38,666 bases of DNA. It comes from a virus (Duplodnaviria > Heunggongvirae > Uroviricota > Caudoviricetes). The stretch lies in IMG/VR virus record IMGVR_UViG_3300045988_147970. The stretch is one strand, 5' to 3'. The position numbers and the translations under genes were made by a program. Positions 24,519-33,581 of this stretch are shown piece after piece. Every line of letters starts with the position of its first letter. Position 1 is the first letter of the stretch. A model generated the notes under the pieces. That model saw only the letters and a program-made list of their open reading frames with translations. It was not told where the DNA came from and searched no databases.

Positions 24519-25367
24519 TTAATGTTGGAGTGATTTCCAGGTCTTTCTTAACCTGTTATAACGCTGCTCAACGAGGGATCGTAAATATGCAAGGTCAGCA
24601 CCAGGATACATGCCATCAGCAAATTCCTGACTAACCTCTCTGGTGATTTGATGACGAAGTTCGGCCTCTCCCTTTTCCCGAACAAGACGCGCAGCTCTCT
24701 CCGCTGCTTTCTGTTTTGCCTTTATCTCTCTGGCCGTCTTCCTCTGACGCCATACATTCTCCATCTGCTCCTGAATAACAATACGCTTATAATCAGCCTC
24801 CGTTATCGCTTTTTTAAGCCGTTCGCTATTCTTCGCATTGAAGTAATTAAGTTTCTGGCTAACCGCACGTCTCCATGCTTGTTCAGTAATACCAACGGTT
24901 TCCAGCAGTTGATCACGAATCTCTATTTTCGCTGGCCAATACTGTTTATTCACCCGATCCCAGCGACGTTCATAATCAATAAAACCTAACGCTTTCAGTT
25001 GCGACAACGCCCTTGTACAGCGCGTTATAGACTTGTTCCCAGCTTCGGATACGGTAGACAGGCCGCAAAAATCAGCCAACGCCTCAGCACTAGCCAGAAC
25101 CCGCTTAGAAATGATGTTTACATGGTGCAAAATCGCAGCGATCACAGCATTAATCGCCCGACGACGATGCTCGTTTATCCGGCGCTTCCGCTCTGACGGT
25201 TGATTAACGTAGAACGCAACCTCACACGTAAGATCACGCCCATTAATGCGCTGTAAAGCATCAGATAACACCAGCGGCAGCTTGTGCGTATGGTGCTTTG
25301 GAGGCTGGAACTCCGGCGACAAATTACAAACGTAAGCTGAACGTAGAGACGGCATTGGTCTATCCAT
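24519..25367 (-). CDS. repA: replication initiator RepA, IncFII RepA1 family
   Basis: AINAVIAAILHHVNIISKRVLASAEALADFCGLSTVSEAGNKSITRCTRALSQLKALGFIDYE aligns with my recollection of R100 RepA1. Start set at MDRP; the track ORF extends 44 codons further upstream in frame. Confidence 0.8.
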   Translation of the reverse strand: MDRPMPSLRSAYVCNLSPEFQPPKHHTHKLPLVLSDALQRINGRDLTCEVAFYVNQPSERKRRINEHRRRAINAVIAAILHHVNIISKRVLASAEALADFCGLSTVSEAGNKSITRCTRALSQLKALGFIDYERRWDRVNKQYWPAKIEIRDQLLETVGITEQAWRRAVSQKLNYFNAKNSERLKKAITEADYKRIVIQEQMENVWRQRKTAREIKAKQKAAERAARLVREKGEAELRHQITREVSQEFADGMYPGADLAYLRSLVEQRYNRLRKTWKSLQH

Positions 25368-25382
25368 ATGTTCGCTCTTGCG

Positions 25383-25495
25383 TCCACGGAAAACCAACGT
25401 ATAATGGGAGTTGTCGAGGCGCCCATGGATTGTTGTTGTTGGTTTTCCGTGGATGTCGCAAGAAGCCCGCAGATTTATCTGCGGGCTTTTTGTTT
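25383..25495 (+). ncRNA. candidate CopA-like antisense RNA opposite the repA leader
   Basis: 16-bp perfect inverted repeat (25383..25398 with 25438..25453) followed by hairpin AGCCCGCAGA-TTTA-TCTGCGGGCT and a T-run on the plus strand; boundaries inferred. Confidence 0.4.
25464..25495 (+). terminator. rho-independent terminator on the plus strand, antisense to the repA leader
   Basis: Perfect 10-bp stem with 4-nt loop followed by TTTTTGTTT. Confidence 0.55.
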
Positions 25496-25862
25496 CCATA
25501 TCTGGTCACTTTCCAACCAGACACCCACAATCATAACCACGTTACGTGGTTTTAAGAGAACTCTACCACAACACTTTCGGTCATGCACGAAGTCTCTCAC
25601 TGATCGAACGATAATCCACCAGTAAAAGGATCTAAATTGGATCTCGTTTTGCGAGCATCATACTACTGGCCTAACTCCAGTCAATGATTCCCAGCCAGAA
25701 ACCTGCGGTAAACTCATCGTTCAGCAATATGCTGTCCGGCTTCAAAGATAAGGTGACATCATCCCTTAACAGCGCGGCCAGCTCCGTTAAAGGGTTGTTT
25801 TGACTTAATGCAAAACCGCTAATAAACATATTGGCGGTTTTGTTCCTTAAATCATCTTGCCT

Positions 25863-26438
25863 TTACACTAATTCTGGCCATTCGATATCAGGGGCATTTT
25901 CCGGCTGAACGCGATTCAGTAGCACACGGTATTTTTTCCAGTGTGTCAGGCTTAACTTTTCTTCCTCGGTAGCCATATCTAAATCGACAGCATCCTGCAG
26001 AGTGGCAATAATTTCACCTGCATATGCAATCAGCTCTTTCTTCTGAGAGTCAGCCGCTCTGACAAGCGCATCACGCTCTGCATTCTCATCATTCACCCAC
26101 GCATTGCCGTTCCATTTCTGATAATCCCCCTCCGGGGAAATGGCTGTCACGTCTGGAGGTAATACGCCAAGTTCAGAAATATAAATGGCTGCTCCCGTTT
26201 TCGTTTCATAGACGGTCTTTCCGCGATGGTCTTCCATCAGTTCCCATTTCATTTCATCTGCATTGAAAACGGCTGCATAACCCGCCGGAATATCAGGCGG
26301 TGCAATATCTGTACTGTTTGCAGGCAGGCCAGTATACGGTGGGATATATGCGTCACTTTCGCCAATAAATTCATTGGTTCCATCAAGTAAATTGAAAACG
26401 CGGATAGTTTGTGCTTCTGCACTCATTCTGAAAGCCAT
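25863..26438 (-). CDS. tail fiber assembly protein
   Basis: 191 aa immediately downstream of the tail fiber gene with overlapping stop/start; pattern typical of Tfa chaperones. Confidence 0.7.
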   Translation of the reverse strand: MAFRMSAEAQTIRVFNLLDGTNEFIGESDAYIPPYTGLPANSTDIAPPDIPAGYAAVFNADEMKWELMEDHRGKTVYETKTGAAIYISELGVLPPDVTAISPEGDYQKWNGNAWVNDENAERDALVRAADSQKKELIAYAGEIIATLQDAVDLDMATEEEKLSLTHWKKYRVLLNRVQPENAPDIEWPELV

Positions 26439-29242
26439 TATGCAAGCCTCACAATATAGTTAAATGCGATGTTTTTGACGGTGTTTTCGGTATTACCCGT
26501 AGCATTTACCGTGATGGTGTGTCCGTGCGCACCTAATGCTACAGTGTGTGCATGGGCACCAATACCTACAGTGTGGTTATGCTGACCAATATCCACCGTA
26601 TGGGCGTGCGCTCCGGCGGTGCTGGACACCTGATTGTTTCCTGAAGCCTGTACACGCTGTTTTCCACCGACAGAGTCGCCGCCATAAACACCACCGACAG
26701 TGTGCGTATGATTGCCCGTATTGTTCGTTGATTTTGTGCCATGATTAAACGTACTGACCGTCTTCGTGCCGTAATCAAACGAACTGGTTGTTTTCGTTCC
26801 CAAATCCGTATTTGACGCACTGGCACTGTGAGTATGCGATTTAATCCCGTCCTGTTCCTGTGACAATACGGCACGCCCACTGGCGGGTTTGCCCTTGATT
26901 GTCCAGCCGCGCATATCTGGAATAACACCAGAAGGATAGGCTATAGCCAGTTTCGGATATGCTGCCTTATCAAACGTCTGCCCCTGCATAATTGCATAGC
27001 CCGCAGGTGGTGTATCTGATGGCCACGGCAACGGAACACCTGGCGGAAATGCTTCAATATTTGCCGAGCCGTCAAATTTTACGCCGTTAATTGTCCTTGC
27101 CGTTTTCAGCTTTGTAGCTGTAGCCGCATTGCCGGACAGTTCACCAGAAAGACCACCGCTGAATGTCTGTTTCGCCGCCCATGTCTGAGCTTCGTCGATA
27201 ATTGGCACACGTCTTGTCGTGATCGTGCGGCTTCCCGGATTTCCTGAAATACGCACCATAAAAAAGCGGTAATTCGCTTTACTTACAGTGCTGCGCCATA
27301 CATGCATTGAGCGCCCCGTACCGGAATCATCACTCGGACCAACTGCGATGTTTATCAGGTTGCCATCAATGACGCCCCAGTCCATACCGTCGGGAATGTT
27401 GGTCATGTTATCAAGCCGAACGGTTATCAGACTGCCCGGCACAAAGTCGTGGGTCTGCCAGTCCAGGCTGGTGAGCTTTGCCACTGCACCGCCGATACCC
27501 AGATTCAGGGGAAGTGAATACGAGGTGTAGACTTCCCGCCATTCGCTCCATGAGCTGCCGGTAAAAACGCGCTCAAACGTGCGACCTTTAAGGGTTGTAC
27601 CTGTTCCGGCAGTTGTATAACGCTGCCATACGTTAACACCATCAAAGCGCCTCAACACTTCCAGAATACCGAGGACTGTCACGCCGTTTCCGTCCAGTAT
27701 TGGACCATTGGTCGCTTTACCTGTAACGCTGTAAATACCTGGTGAAGTCACATCATTCAAATCCCCGTCGTAATAACGACTCTCTGACTGATGACCGACT
27801 CTTAACCACGGTTCCCACTGCGGATTTGATGCATCCCAGCTTGCCGCAAGGCAGCGGACATACATATTTCCACGGCGAGTGGTATAACGTTGCGTTCTTC
27901 CATAATTCCCGCCTTCGAGGATCTCAAGCGTCCCCTGAGCAAAGCCGCCTTCCTCTGGATAATTGCGTTCATATGAAGCTATAGCCGAGCTACTGTTACG
28001 CCATAAACCAAGATGCTCGGCGGCTCCAAGCGTATTCAGGTCTATAGTCGTACTCAAAGGGCGGGTAGCAGATTGAGTGTGACGCCATACGCCCCACGGA
28101 CCATCAGTGCCATTCCACTTACTGGCGAGTTTACGCATGTATACATTGCCGTCTCCCGTGGTAAAGCGTTGAGTACCTGCAAAATTGCCGGCAGCAAAAA
28201 CCTCAAGCACACCGACAGCATTATCTTCCGGGAAATTTTTCTCCAGTGTTGCGTTAGTTGAGGTAGCTTTAGACCAGATCCCCAGATAAGCCTTAACGGG
28301 ACCAAATGTATTCAGGTCGGCATCAACCGGCATTTCGCCATTGTTTTTCATAAACGTCAGGCTAGTAACGCCAACATTGTCCAGAAAAGCTGATTTATCC
28401 TGGATATCTGCACCGTTCTGATTTTTCGCCAGACGTGAATTTGCGTTGTCATTTGCTGCCTTGACCGCTTTTGGCGTTGCCGCCTGCGTTTCAGACGTAC
28501 TGTTAGTGGCACTACTGAGCTGAACAATCCCTTTTCGCGCCGTGGTAGCGTCCTGTGCGGTGTATTTAGCGTTAGCCAGGTCATATGCAGCCTTAACAGC
28601 CTTAGGCGTCGCTGCGAGCTTTTCAGACGTGCTATTGGTGGCATTACTGAGTTGAACAATGCCTTTTGATGTTAAAGTTGCATCAGGATGATTACGTGAT
28701 TGCTCATGTTTTACAATAGCTTGCTTAAGCCGCTTTGCTGAAACAGCCAGGGAATCATCTGTACCTGCATCAATTTCTTGTTCATTAGCAAATCTTGCTA
28801 CTCCAACAACAGTTTCGGTTGCGGGAGGGTTAATAAACTCAACATCACCAAATGTAATGTTTTTAGTATCAAGATTTTTAATTGCTATATCACTTGATAT
28901 TAAAGCAATTGTAGAAGATGCTTTATTTATTATTACTTGTTCTTGCGAGTATACAGCAAACAATGTTCCTTTATTTGTATACAAACCTATTGTATGGACA
29001 ACATACTCATCTTTACTATCATCCTTCGCAGTTACATGAATGGTATCAGGAGAAACGACTTTGCCTCCTATTGTGGTAAGTCGCTTTATTTCATCTGTTA
29101 TTTTTGTTTGTGTGGTTGATGTGGCATAATATCTACTACCTAAACCAACAGAAACGATCTCAACTTTATTTGTTCCAGTCTTGTTGGCATTAACCAGCGC
29201 CTTACGCCCGGCGTCAGTCATCGTAAATAATAATTTACTCAC
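26438..29242 (-). CDS. tail fiber protein
   Basis: 934 aa; two tandem copies of a fiber repeat (KGIVQLSxATNSTSE..[10 protein letters not shown]); C-terminus rich in HxH motifs ([21 protein letters not shown]). Confidence 0.8.
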   Translation of the reverse strand: MSKLLFTMTDAGRKALVNANKTGTNKVEIVSVGLGSRYYATSTTQTKITDEIKRLTTIGGKVVSPDTIHVTAKDDSKDEYVVHTIGLYTNKGTLFAVYSQEQVIINKASSTIALISSDIAIKNLDTKNITFGDVEFINPPATETVVGVARFANEQEIDAGTDDSLAVSAKRLKQAIVKHEQSRNHPDATLTSKGIVQLSNATNSTSEKLAATPKAVKAAYDLANAKYTAQDATTARKGIVQLSSATNSTSETQAATPKAVKAANDNANSRLAKNQNGADIQDKSAFLDNVGVTSLTFMKNNGEMPVDADLNTFGPVKAYLGIWSKATSTNATLEKNFPEDNAVGVLEVFAAGNFAGTQRFTTGDGNVYMRKLASKWNGTDGPWGVWRHTQSATRPLSTTIDLNTLGAAEHLGLWRNSSSAIASYERNYPEEGGFAQGTLEILEGGNYGRTQRYTTRRGNMYVRCLAASWDASNPQWEPWLRVGHQSESRYYDGDLNDVTSPGIYSVTGKATNGPILDGNGVTVLGILEVLRRFDGVNVWQRYTTAGTGTTLKGRTFERVFTGSSWSEWREVYTSYSLPLNLGIGGAVAKLTSLDWQTHDFVPGSLITVRLDNMTNIPDGMDWGVIDGNLINIAVGPSDDSGTGRSMHVWRSTVSKANYRFFMVRISGNPGSRTITTRRVPIIDEAQTWAAKQTFSGGLSGELSGNAATATKLKTARTINGVKFDGSANIEAFPPGVPLPWPSDTPPAGYAIMQGQTFDKAAYPKLAIAYPSGVIPDMRGWTIKGKPASGRAVLSQEQDGIKSHTHSASASNTDLGTKTTSSFDYGTKTVSTFNHGTKSTNNTGNHTHTVGGVYGGDSVGGKQRVQASGNNQVSSTAGAHAHTVDIGQHNHTVGIGAHAHTVALGAHGHTITVNATGNTENTVKNIAFNYIVRLA
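28458..28721. repeat. tandem duplication of a ~132-bp unit inside the tail fiber gene
   Basis: Two adjacent ~132-bp units share long identical runs (TTTCAGACGT.CT.TTGGTGGCA.TACTGAG.TGAACAAT.CCTTTT) and encode the repeated peptide motif. Confidence 0.5.
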
Positions 29243-29272
29243 GCTTAATTCCTTGGATTAACAAATCGCAAA

Positions 29273-29854
29273 TTAGCACTCACCAATTAATCGTACATAA
29301 GACACAGGCTGGAAAGCACCGACAATACCAACACCACCTGAAACATTGGTTGCTTGCGAAAATGTAAATAGTGTTCTTGCCGACTTTGCACTCTTGATAC
29401 TTCTTAACGTATCCTCCAACATCTCTTTCGAAGGAACAGCACCATCAAAAGAGTTAATCGAAGCAACAATTGAGGCTGTATATGGTTCGCCAGGTGGTGA
29501 TGTTTCAAACCATTCTGTTATGTTTACCTCTCCACCCAAGCTATTTACTACATCTTCAACCGCTGCCCTTGTACCCTTTATTCGCTTTGTTCGTATTATT
29601 GATTTAAAAACAGAACGCTTTAACGATACAGGCCAACTATCCCTCCATGTATCAGCATTCCATTGCCAAGCTAAATGATCGAGAACAACTGAGTCCAGGT
29701 TATCAACAACGCTATATATTTCTGTCTTATATATTAAATTGTTAATTGCTTGTAGTTCATCATCAATAGCTTTCGACATAGCTATCACGTTGGGATCGCT
29801 AGCTAAGTTAGGAGGTAAAACATCCAACAAGCTAACATTAAAGATATCAGCCAT
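29273..29854 (-). CDS. tail/baseplate protein, P2 gpI-like
   Basis: LDHLAWQWNADTWRDSWPVSLKRSVFKSIIRTKRIKGTRAAVEDVVNSLGGEVNITEWFETSPPGEPY aligns closely with my recollection of P2 gpI. Confidence 0.8.
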   Translation of the reverse strand: MADIFNVSLLDVLPPNLASDPNVIAMSKAIDDELQAINNLIYKTEIYSVVDNLDSVVLDHLAWQWNADTWRDSWPVSLKRSVFKSIIRTKRIKGTRAAVEDVVNSLGGEVNITEWFETSPPGEPYTASIVASINSFDGAVPSKEMLEDTLRSIKSAKSARTLFTFSQATNVSGGVGIVGAFQPVSYVRLIGEC

Positions 29855-30971
29855 CCTCTAACCCCGCATACTGGCAATTTATATTTCTCTCTCTGGCGAC
29901 CTGTGTCTCTCCAACCACATTAAAAACAGGACTTGATATTTCTAATCTTTTAGCCCCAGCATTTTTTAAACGTTGAATAATTTCATCTGGATTTATATCT
30001 CTTCCCATAACCGAACGTTGCCATTGTTTATACTCATCAATAGCTTTCTCAACCTCACTTTGAATTAAAGTTGTTCTGTTTTTGTCCGATGAGTTAATCC
30101 AGTATTTAATTATTATATCGTATTCAATGCTCTCTGGTTTCTTAACAAGAACTTTATCTGTGAATGGTCGAATATTAGTTGCAGAGAGAACGCTATTTAT
30201 CTGCTCTAATAGTTCATCAGAAGGTATATCTCCGTTCTCTAACAAAGAACGGATTTCTACAATTCCGGGCGATGGTGTATATACATTCACATCTTTTATA
30301 TTCTGATTGGCTGTTCTTGTCCAATATTTATAAGAATCCTCCGGCCCTGCTGTAGACAGTTTTTCCGGCGACAGTTTTATTCTTTCAGCATAATTATCAT
30401 CTGACTCCGTATCAGCACCAGAATTAGATGTTGTTACATTCCTTACTCTGGAAACATACGGCAACGGAGTCACCAACTCATTTATTTGCCCTGGTAAAAA
30501 GCCATTCCCAGATAAACCAGGTATAACAGCATATCCTGAGACTGTACCAACTGTTTTCCCAGCAGGTATTTCCAACAAAATATCTGTTTGGAAAATAACA
30601 CCATTTCCAGTTGAAACTTGAGTGCCAGCAGGTATTGTATATATCCCCGATAATTTTGTTGACAGATTAAACTCAAATGTAGTCAAGGCAGATTGAGCTT
30701 CCAGCCTAGGCGTATCCGTCAGATAGCCTATATGGTCGAGATATTCACCTTCACCATATGTAAGAAGGTTTTGTTTTGCAGAAAAATCGATAGCTTTTCT
30801 TTGCTGTATAATAATCTCACACAATGATAAGATGAATAATCTACGTGGATCAGCAGGTGCTAATGTTTCACCTGTTATACTCTCAAAAGCCCTGATTGAA
30901 CGAGTTGTTATATCAGTCGGGTTAGAATCTGCGAAAGTAATATCTGGCAAACCACCACGCGGCAACGTCAT
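29847..30971 (-). CDS. baseplate assembly protein J-like
   Basis: 374 aa between the gpW-like and gpI-like genes, the P2 J position; overlapping starts and stops. Confidence 0.65.
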   Translation of the reverse strand: MTLPRGGLPDITFADSNPTDITTRSIRAFESITGETLAPADPRRLFILSLCEIIIQQRKAIDFSAKQNLLTYGEGEYLDHIGYLTDTPRLEAQSALTTFEFNLSTKLSGIYTIPAGTQVSTGNGVIFQTDILLEIPAGKTVGTVSGYAVIPGLSGNGFLPGQINELVTPLPYVSRVRNVTTSNSGADTESDDNYAERIKLSPEKLSTAGPEDSYKYWTRTANQNIKDVNVYTPSPGIVEIRSLLENGDIPSDELLEQINSVLSATNIRPFTDKVLVKKPESIEYDIIIKYWINSSDKNRTTLIQSEVEKAIDEYKQWQRSVMGRDINPDEIIQRLKNAGAKRLEISSPVFNVVGETQVARERNINCQYAGLEDG

Positions 30972-31288
30972 TCTCTAACTCCTATCACAAGTTTTGGCCT
31001 AATAAAACCATCAGAAACGTCCGTTCTTTCAAAAGTAACAGAATGGATAATCGCTCTAGGCTCAAACTCACTAATTTTTTGAATTATTTCTCGTGTTGCT
31101 GTAGCAATAAAAATTGGACTAGAGCTATCAACAAGACTTGAATTAATTCCTAATTTTCTGGCATATGGTACAGTGCCAATTTGAGTATTAATAATAGTAG
31201 AGACATTTTGCAAAACTTCTTCTACAACTGTTTTGGGCGACCAATCAATCGAGTAAGAAGGTGATGATATGGTAAACGTATTATTCAT
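30968..31288 (-). CDS. baseplate wedge protein, gpW/gp25-like
   Basis: 106 aa; size and position match P2 gpW / T4 gp25 family; weak pattern similarity. Confidence 0.55.
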   Translation of the reverse strand: MNNTFTISSPSYSIDWSPKTVVEEVLQNVSTIINTQIGTVPYARKLGINSSLVDSSSPIFIATATREIIQKISEFEPRAIIHSVTFERTDVSDGFIRPKLVIGVRE

Positions 31289-31752
31289 AATAATTTACCT
31301 AACGCACTTCTAGTTTTTGACTCTATATTGCCAGCAATATCAACTAATGCTTCTTTCAGAGAGGTCTGTCCGACTTCCTGTAATTTAATGCCGACGATAA
31401 TCACTCGTGGATTCCCAGTTGGACCGAAATAAGTCCATGATTCCTCTATATCTGTAATTATAAAATTACCAAAATACTGAATACCAATTACAACAGGATT
31501 TACTTCCTGAATTGATTGCATTGTCCTAAGTAATGAAAGCGCAGCCAATGGAACAATGCCAAGTGTTGTATCCAACCGCATATTAAAACTAACTTCATCC
31601 AGATCTGGACCTATATCCTCCAGAACAGGTTTAAGCCCAATAACATCATGGCGCGCTACACGACGCTTTGACGTCCTTTTAAAATTGTTGAACGTATTCA
31701 CCACTATTGATGAGGCAACAAAAGGCATTGTACCAAGCATACCCACAATCAT
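31285..31752 (-). CDS. tail/baseplate protein (family uncertain)
   Basis: 155 aa between the spike and gp25-like genes; structural by synteny only. Confidence 0.35.
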   Translation of the reverse strand: MIVGMLGTMPFVASSIVVNTFNNFKRTSKRRVARHDVIGLKPVLEDIGPDLDEVSFNMRLDTTLGIVPLAALSLLRTMQSIQEVNPVVIGIQYFGNFIITDIEESWTYFGPTGNPRVIIVGIKLQEVGQTSLKEALVDIAGNIESKTRSALGKLL

Positions 31753-32369
31753 GCCTGAGCCTCCGTTGTCGGAGCGTATTCCCCCTGAGCTGTGTGATGG
31801 TGGCCTTTAGATTTAATCCCATCAACATCTATATCACCACCAACAACCTTAACATTCCCAGAAATTGTAGCTGCAACACCTCCAGCAGAAGATCCTTTCA
31901 TTCCACCTTTGAAGGTTAGTAATCCTTCAACTGTAGCATTTCCGGTAATGATGGTTTCTGGAGCATCAATAGTTACGGTTCCTGTAGCCTTAATGGTTAC
32001 ATCTCCGACAGCATCAACAAGGAGTAAATTAGATTCTCTGTCTATCTCAATACGAGTTCCGTTATTAAATCTAATGACGCGTTTATTAACAGTATTAGAT
32101 GGCGGCTTCTGTGTTTCATCATAAAAACTACCAAGAATAAAACCTTGTTGCGGCCCCGCGGGATGAAAGATACACAAAACTTGCTCACCAATATCTGGCA
32201 TCCAGTAATCAGCATTCTTATCTGTATTTTTCACAATAACTGATAACTTTGCCGAAGTGACGCTATCCTGATCATCGAAAGTAACTCTTGCTGTAACATC
32301 ACCATCATCAATATCAGAAACAACGCCAACTCTTATAGTCTGACGTAATAATGTTTCTAAATCATTCAT
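31749..32369 (-). CDS. baseplate spike / assembly protein V-like
   Basis: IGEQVL, DAPETIITGNATVEGLLTFKGGMKG and C-terminal GHHHTAQGE align with P2 gpV motifs VGEQVL, DTPEVVCTN..LEVQKGGTM and HTHKHPGD. Confidence 0.8.
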   Translation of the reverse strand: MNDLETLLRQTIRVGVVSDIDDGDVTARVTFDDQDSVTSAKLSVIVKNTDKNADYWMPDIGEQVLCIFHPAGPQQGFILGSFYDETQKPPSNTVNKRVIRFNNGTRIEIDRESNLLLVDAVGDVTIKATGTVTIDAPETIITGNATVEGLLTFKGGMKGSSAGGVAATISGNVKVVGGDIDVDGIKSKGHHHTAQGEYAPTTEAQA

Positions 32370-32371
32370 AA

Positions 32372-33373
32372 TTAATACCCATTAATTACTCTTCGGACAT
32401 CAATCGAGGTGGTATAACCACTAGTCCCAATTGAATGCACAGCTTTCGATATAAGATATTTTCCAGAAAATGAACCGAATCCCTCCAGATTTATAGTTAC
32501 ACCAGCTACCAATCTGGTGTCTCCAACCAATACTAAAGATCCGGTATTTTGATATCTATTTTTAAGCCGCAAAGCAGCCTTTGCCTTACGTTTTGCTTCA
32601 TCTAAATTAGCTACCAGTTTTCTTATCTTAAGATTCGACCCTTCTTCTACGGATGGATCTACCCAAGTATACGAAAGCGACTTTCTTTTTTTAGGTACGC
32701 GATATTTGCACGTGCAACTTTTATACAAATCTGTAGATTGTGTGCTAAAGCTATATCTGATTATCTCATCAATACCTAACGTAAGCGTAGCGATAGGATC
32801 TTTTTGCTCAAACATCTCTTGAGCAAATATTATTAATTGGCTATCAGTGACCTTTAACGACAACCCTTCATCCTGGCAAAGTCGATGGAGAAATTTTAAA
32901 TCGCTTTCCTCCATTTGATCTTCACGCGCATAATATGGATTACTATCACCATCAATAAGAAACAACAGTTCAAGGTTAGCTAATTTAGCTATAGAAGTTG
33001 CTATATCTTTAAGAGTTGTTTTTTCCCATGCATTACTTTTTAAATCACGTCTAATGCCTGATGAAACAGGAACAGAAACAGCAGTTACCTCAACCACAGA
33101 AGGTGGTCCAGAGCAAGTTATGCCATCTACCTGGAATTTCCCGCACTCAAGGACGATTTGATTTATAGGCTTAAAGCTCAAATCAATAAAATCACCCTTT
33201 TTAGGTGTCCAGTCTCCAGACCATTTCCCATCATCATTTTTTAATATAATAGAAATATCATCGACCTGACCATCTTCATTATCTGTATAAGACATTGACA
33301 AAACATCAGGTGACATATGAGCGGTAATATTTACATTCTGATATATAACATCAAAAAGCGTTTTACGTAACAC
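32372..33373 (-). CDS. tail protein D-like (P2 gpD / late control D family)
   Basis: 333 aa between the gpX-like and gpV-like genes; assignment mainly by synteny. Confidence 0.55.
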   Translation of the reverse strand: MLRKTLFDVIYQNVNITAHMSPDVLSMSYTDNEDGQVDDISIILKNDDGKWSGDWTPKKGDFIDLSFKPINQIVLECGKFQVDGITCSGPPSVVEVTAVSVPVSSGIRRDLKSNAWEKTTLKDIATSIAKLANLELLFLIDGDSNPYYAREDQMEESDLKFLHRLCQDEGLSLKVTDSQLIIFAQEMFEQKDPIATLTLGIDEIIRYSFSTQSTDLYKSCTCKYRVPKKRKSLSYTWVDPSVEEGSNLKIRKLVANLDEAKRKAKAALRLKNRYQNTGSLVLVGDTRLVAGVTINLEGFGSFSGKYLISKAVHSIGTSGYTTSIDVRRVINGY

Positions 33374-33581
33374 TATTGCGTCTCCACGGAGGAAAATTGT
33401 TTACTGATATTGGCATAACCGGAGCATCAGGAACTTTAAGAATAATTCCCGCAGAAAAAAGCACCGTAAAGCGGTGCTCAGTATTAGCATCAATAAGAAG
33501 ATAAGACAGGTACTCATTACCATACAACTTTAAAGCGATACTATCCCATGAGTCCCCTTGAACCGTTCTATAATCATCCAA
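33363..33581 (-). CDS. tail protein X-like (LysM-like, P2 gpX family)
   Basis: 72 aa; QGDSWDSIALKLYGNE...KVPDAPV parallels P2 gpX QGDTLDAICVRYYG...VELPDVQ. Confidence 0.7.
   Translation of the reverse strand: MDDYRTVQGDSWDSIALKLYGNEYLSYLLIDANTEHRFTVLFSAGIILKVPDAPVMPISVNNFPPWRRNSVT

Noticed and set aside
25368-25499. In-frame 44-codon upstream extension of repA in the track
   Set aside because: Alignment with IncFII RepA1 places the initiator start at MDRP (25367), and the extension overlaps the antisense-RNA-like structures; more likely a leader region than RepA sequence.
25671-25829. Possible 52-aa minus-strand ORF upstream of repA, considered as a CopB-like repressor
   Set aside because: It is acidic and hydrophobic, not basic, has no Shine-Dalgarno sequence and shows no resemblance to CopB; coordinates are approximate.
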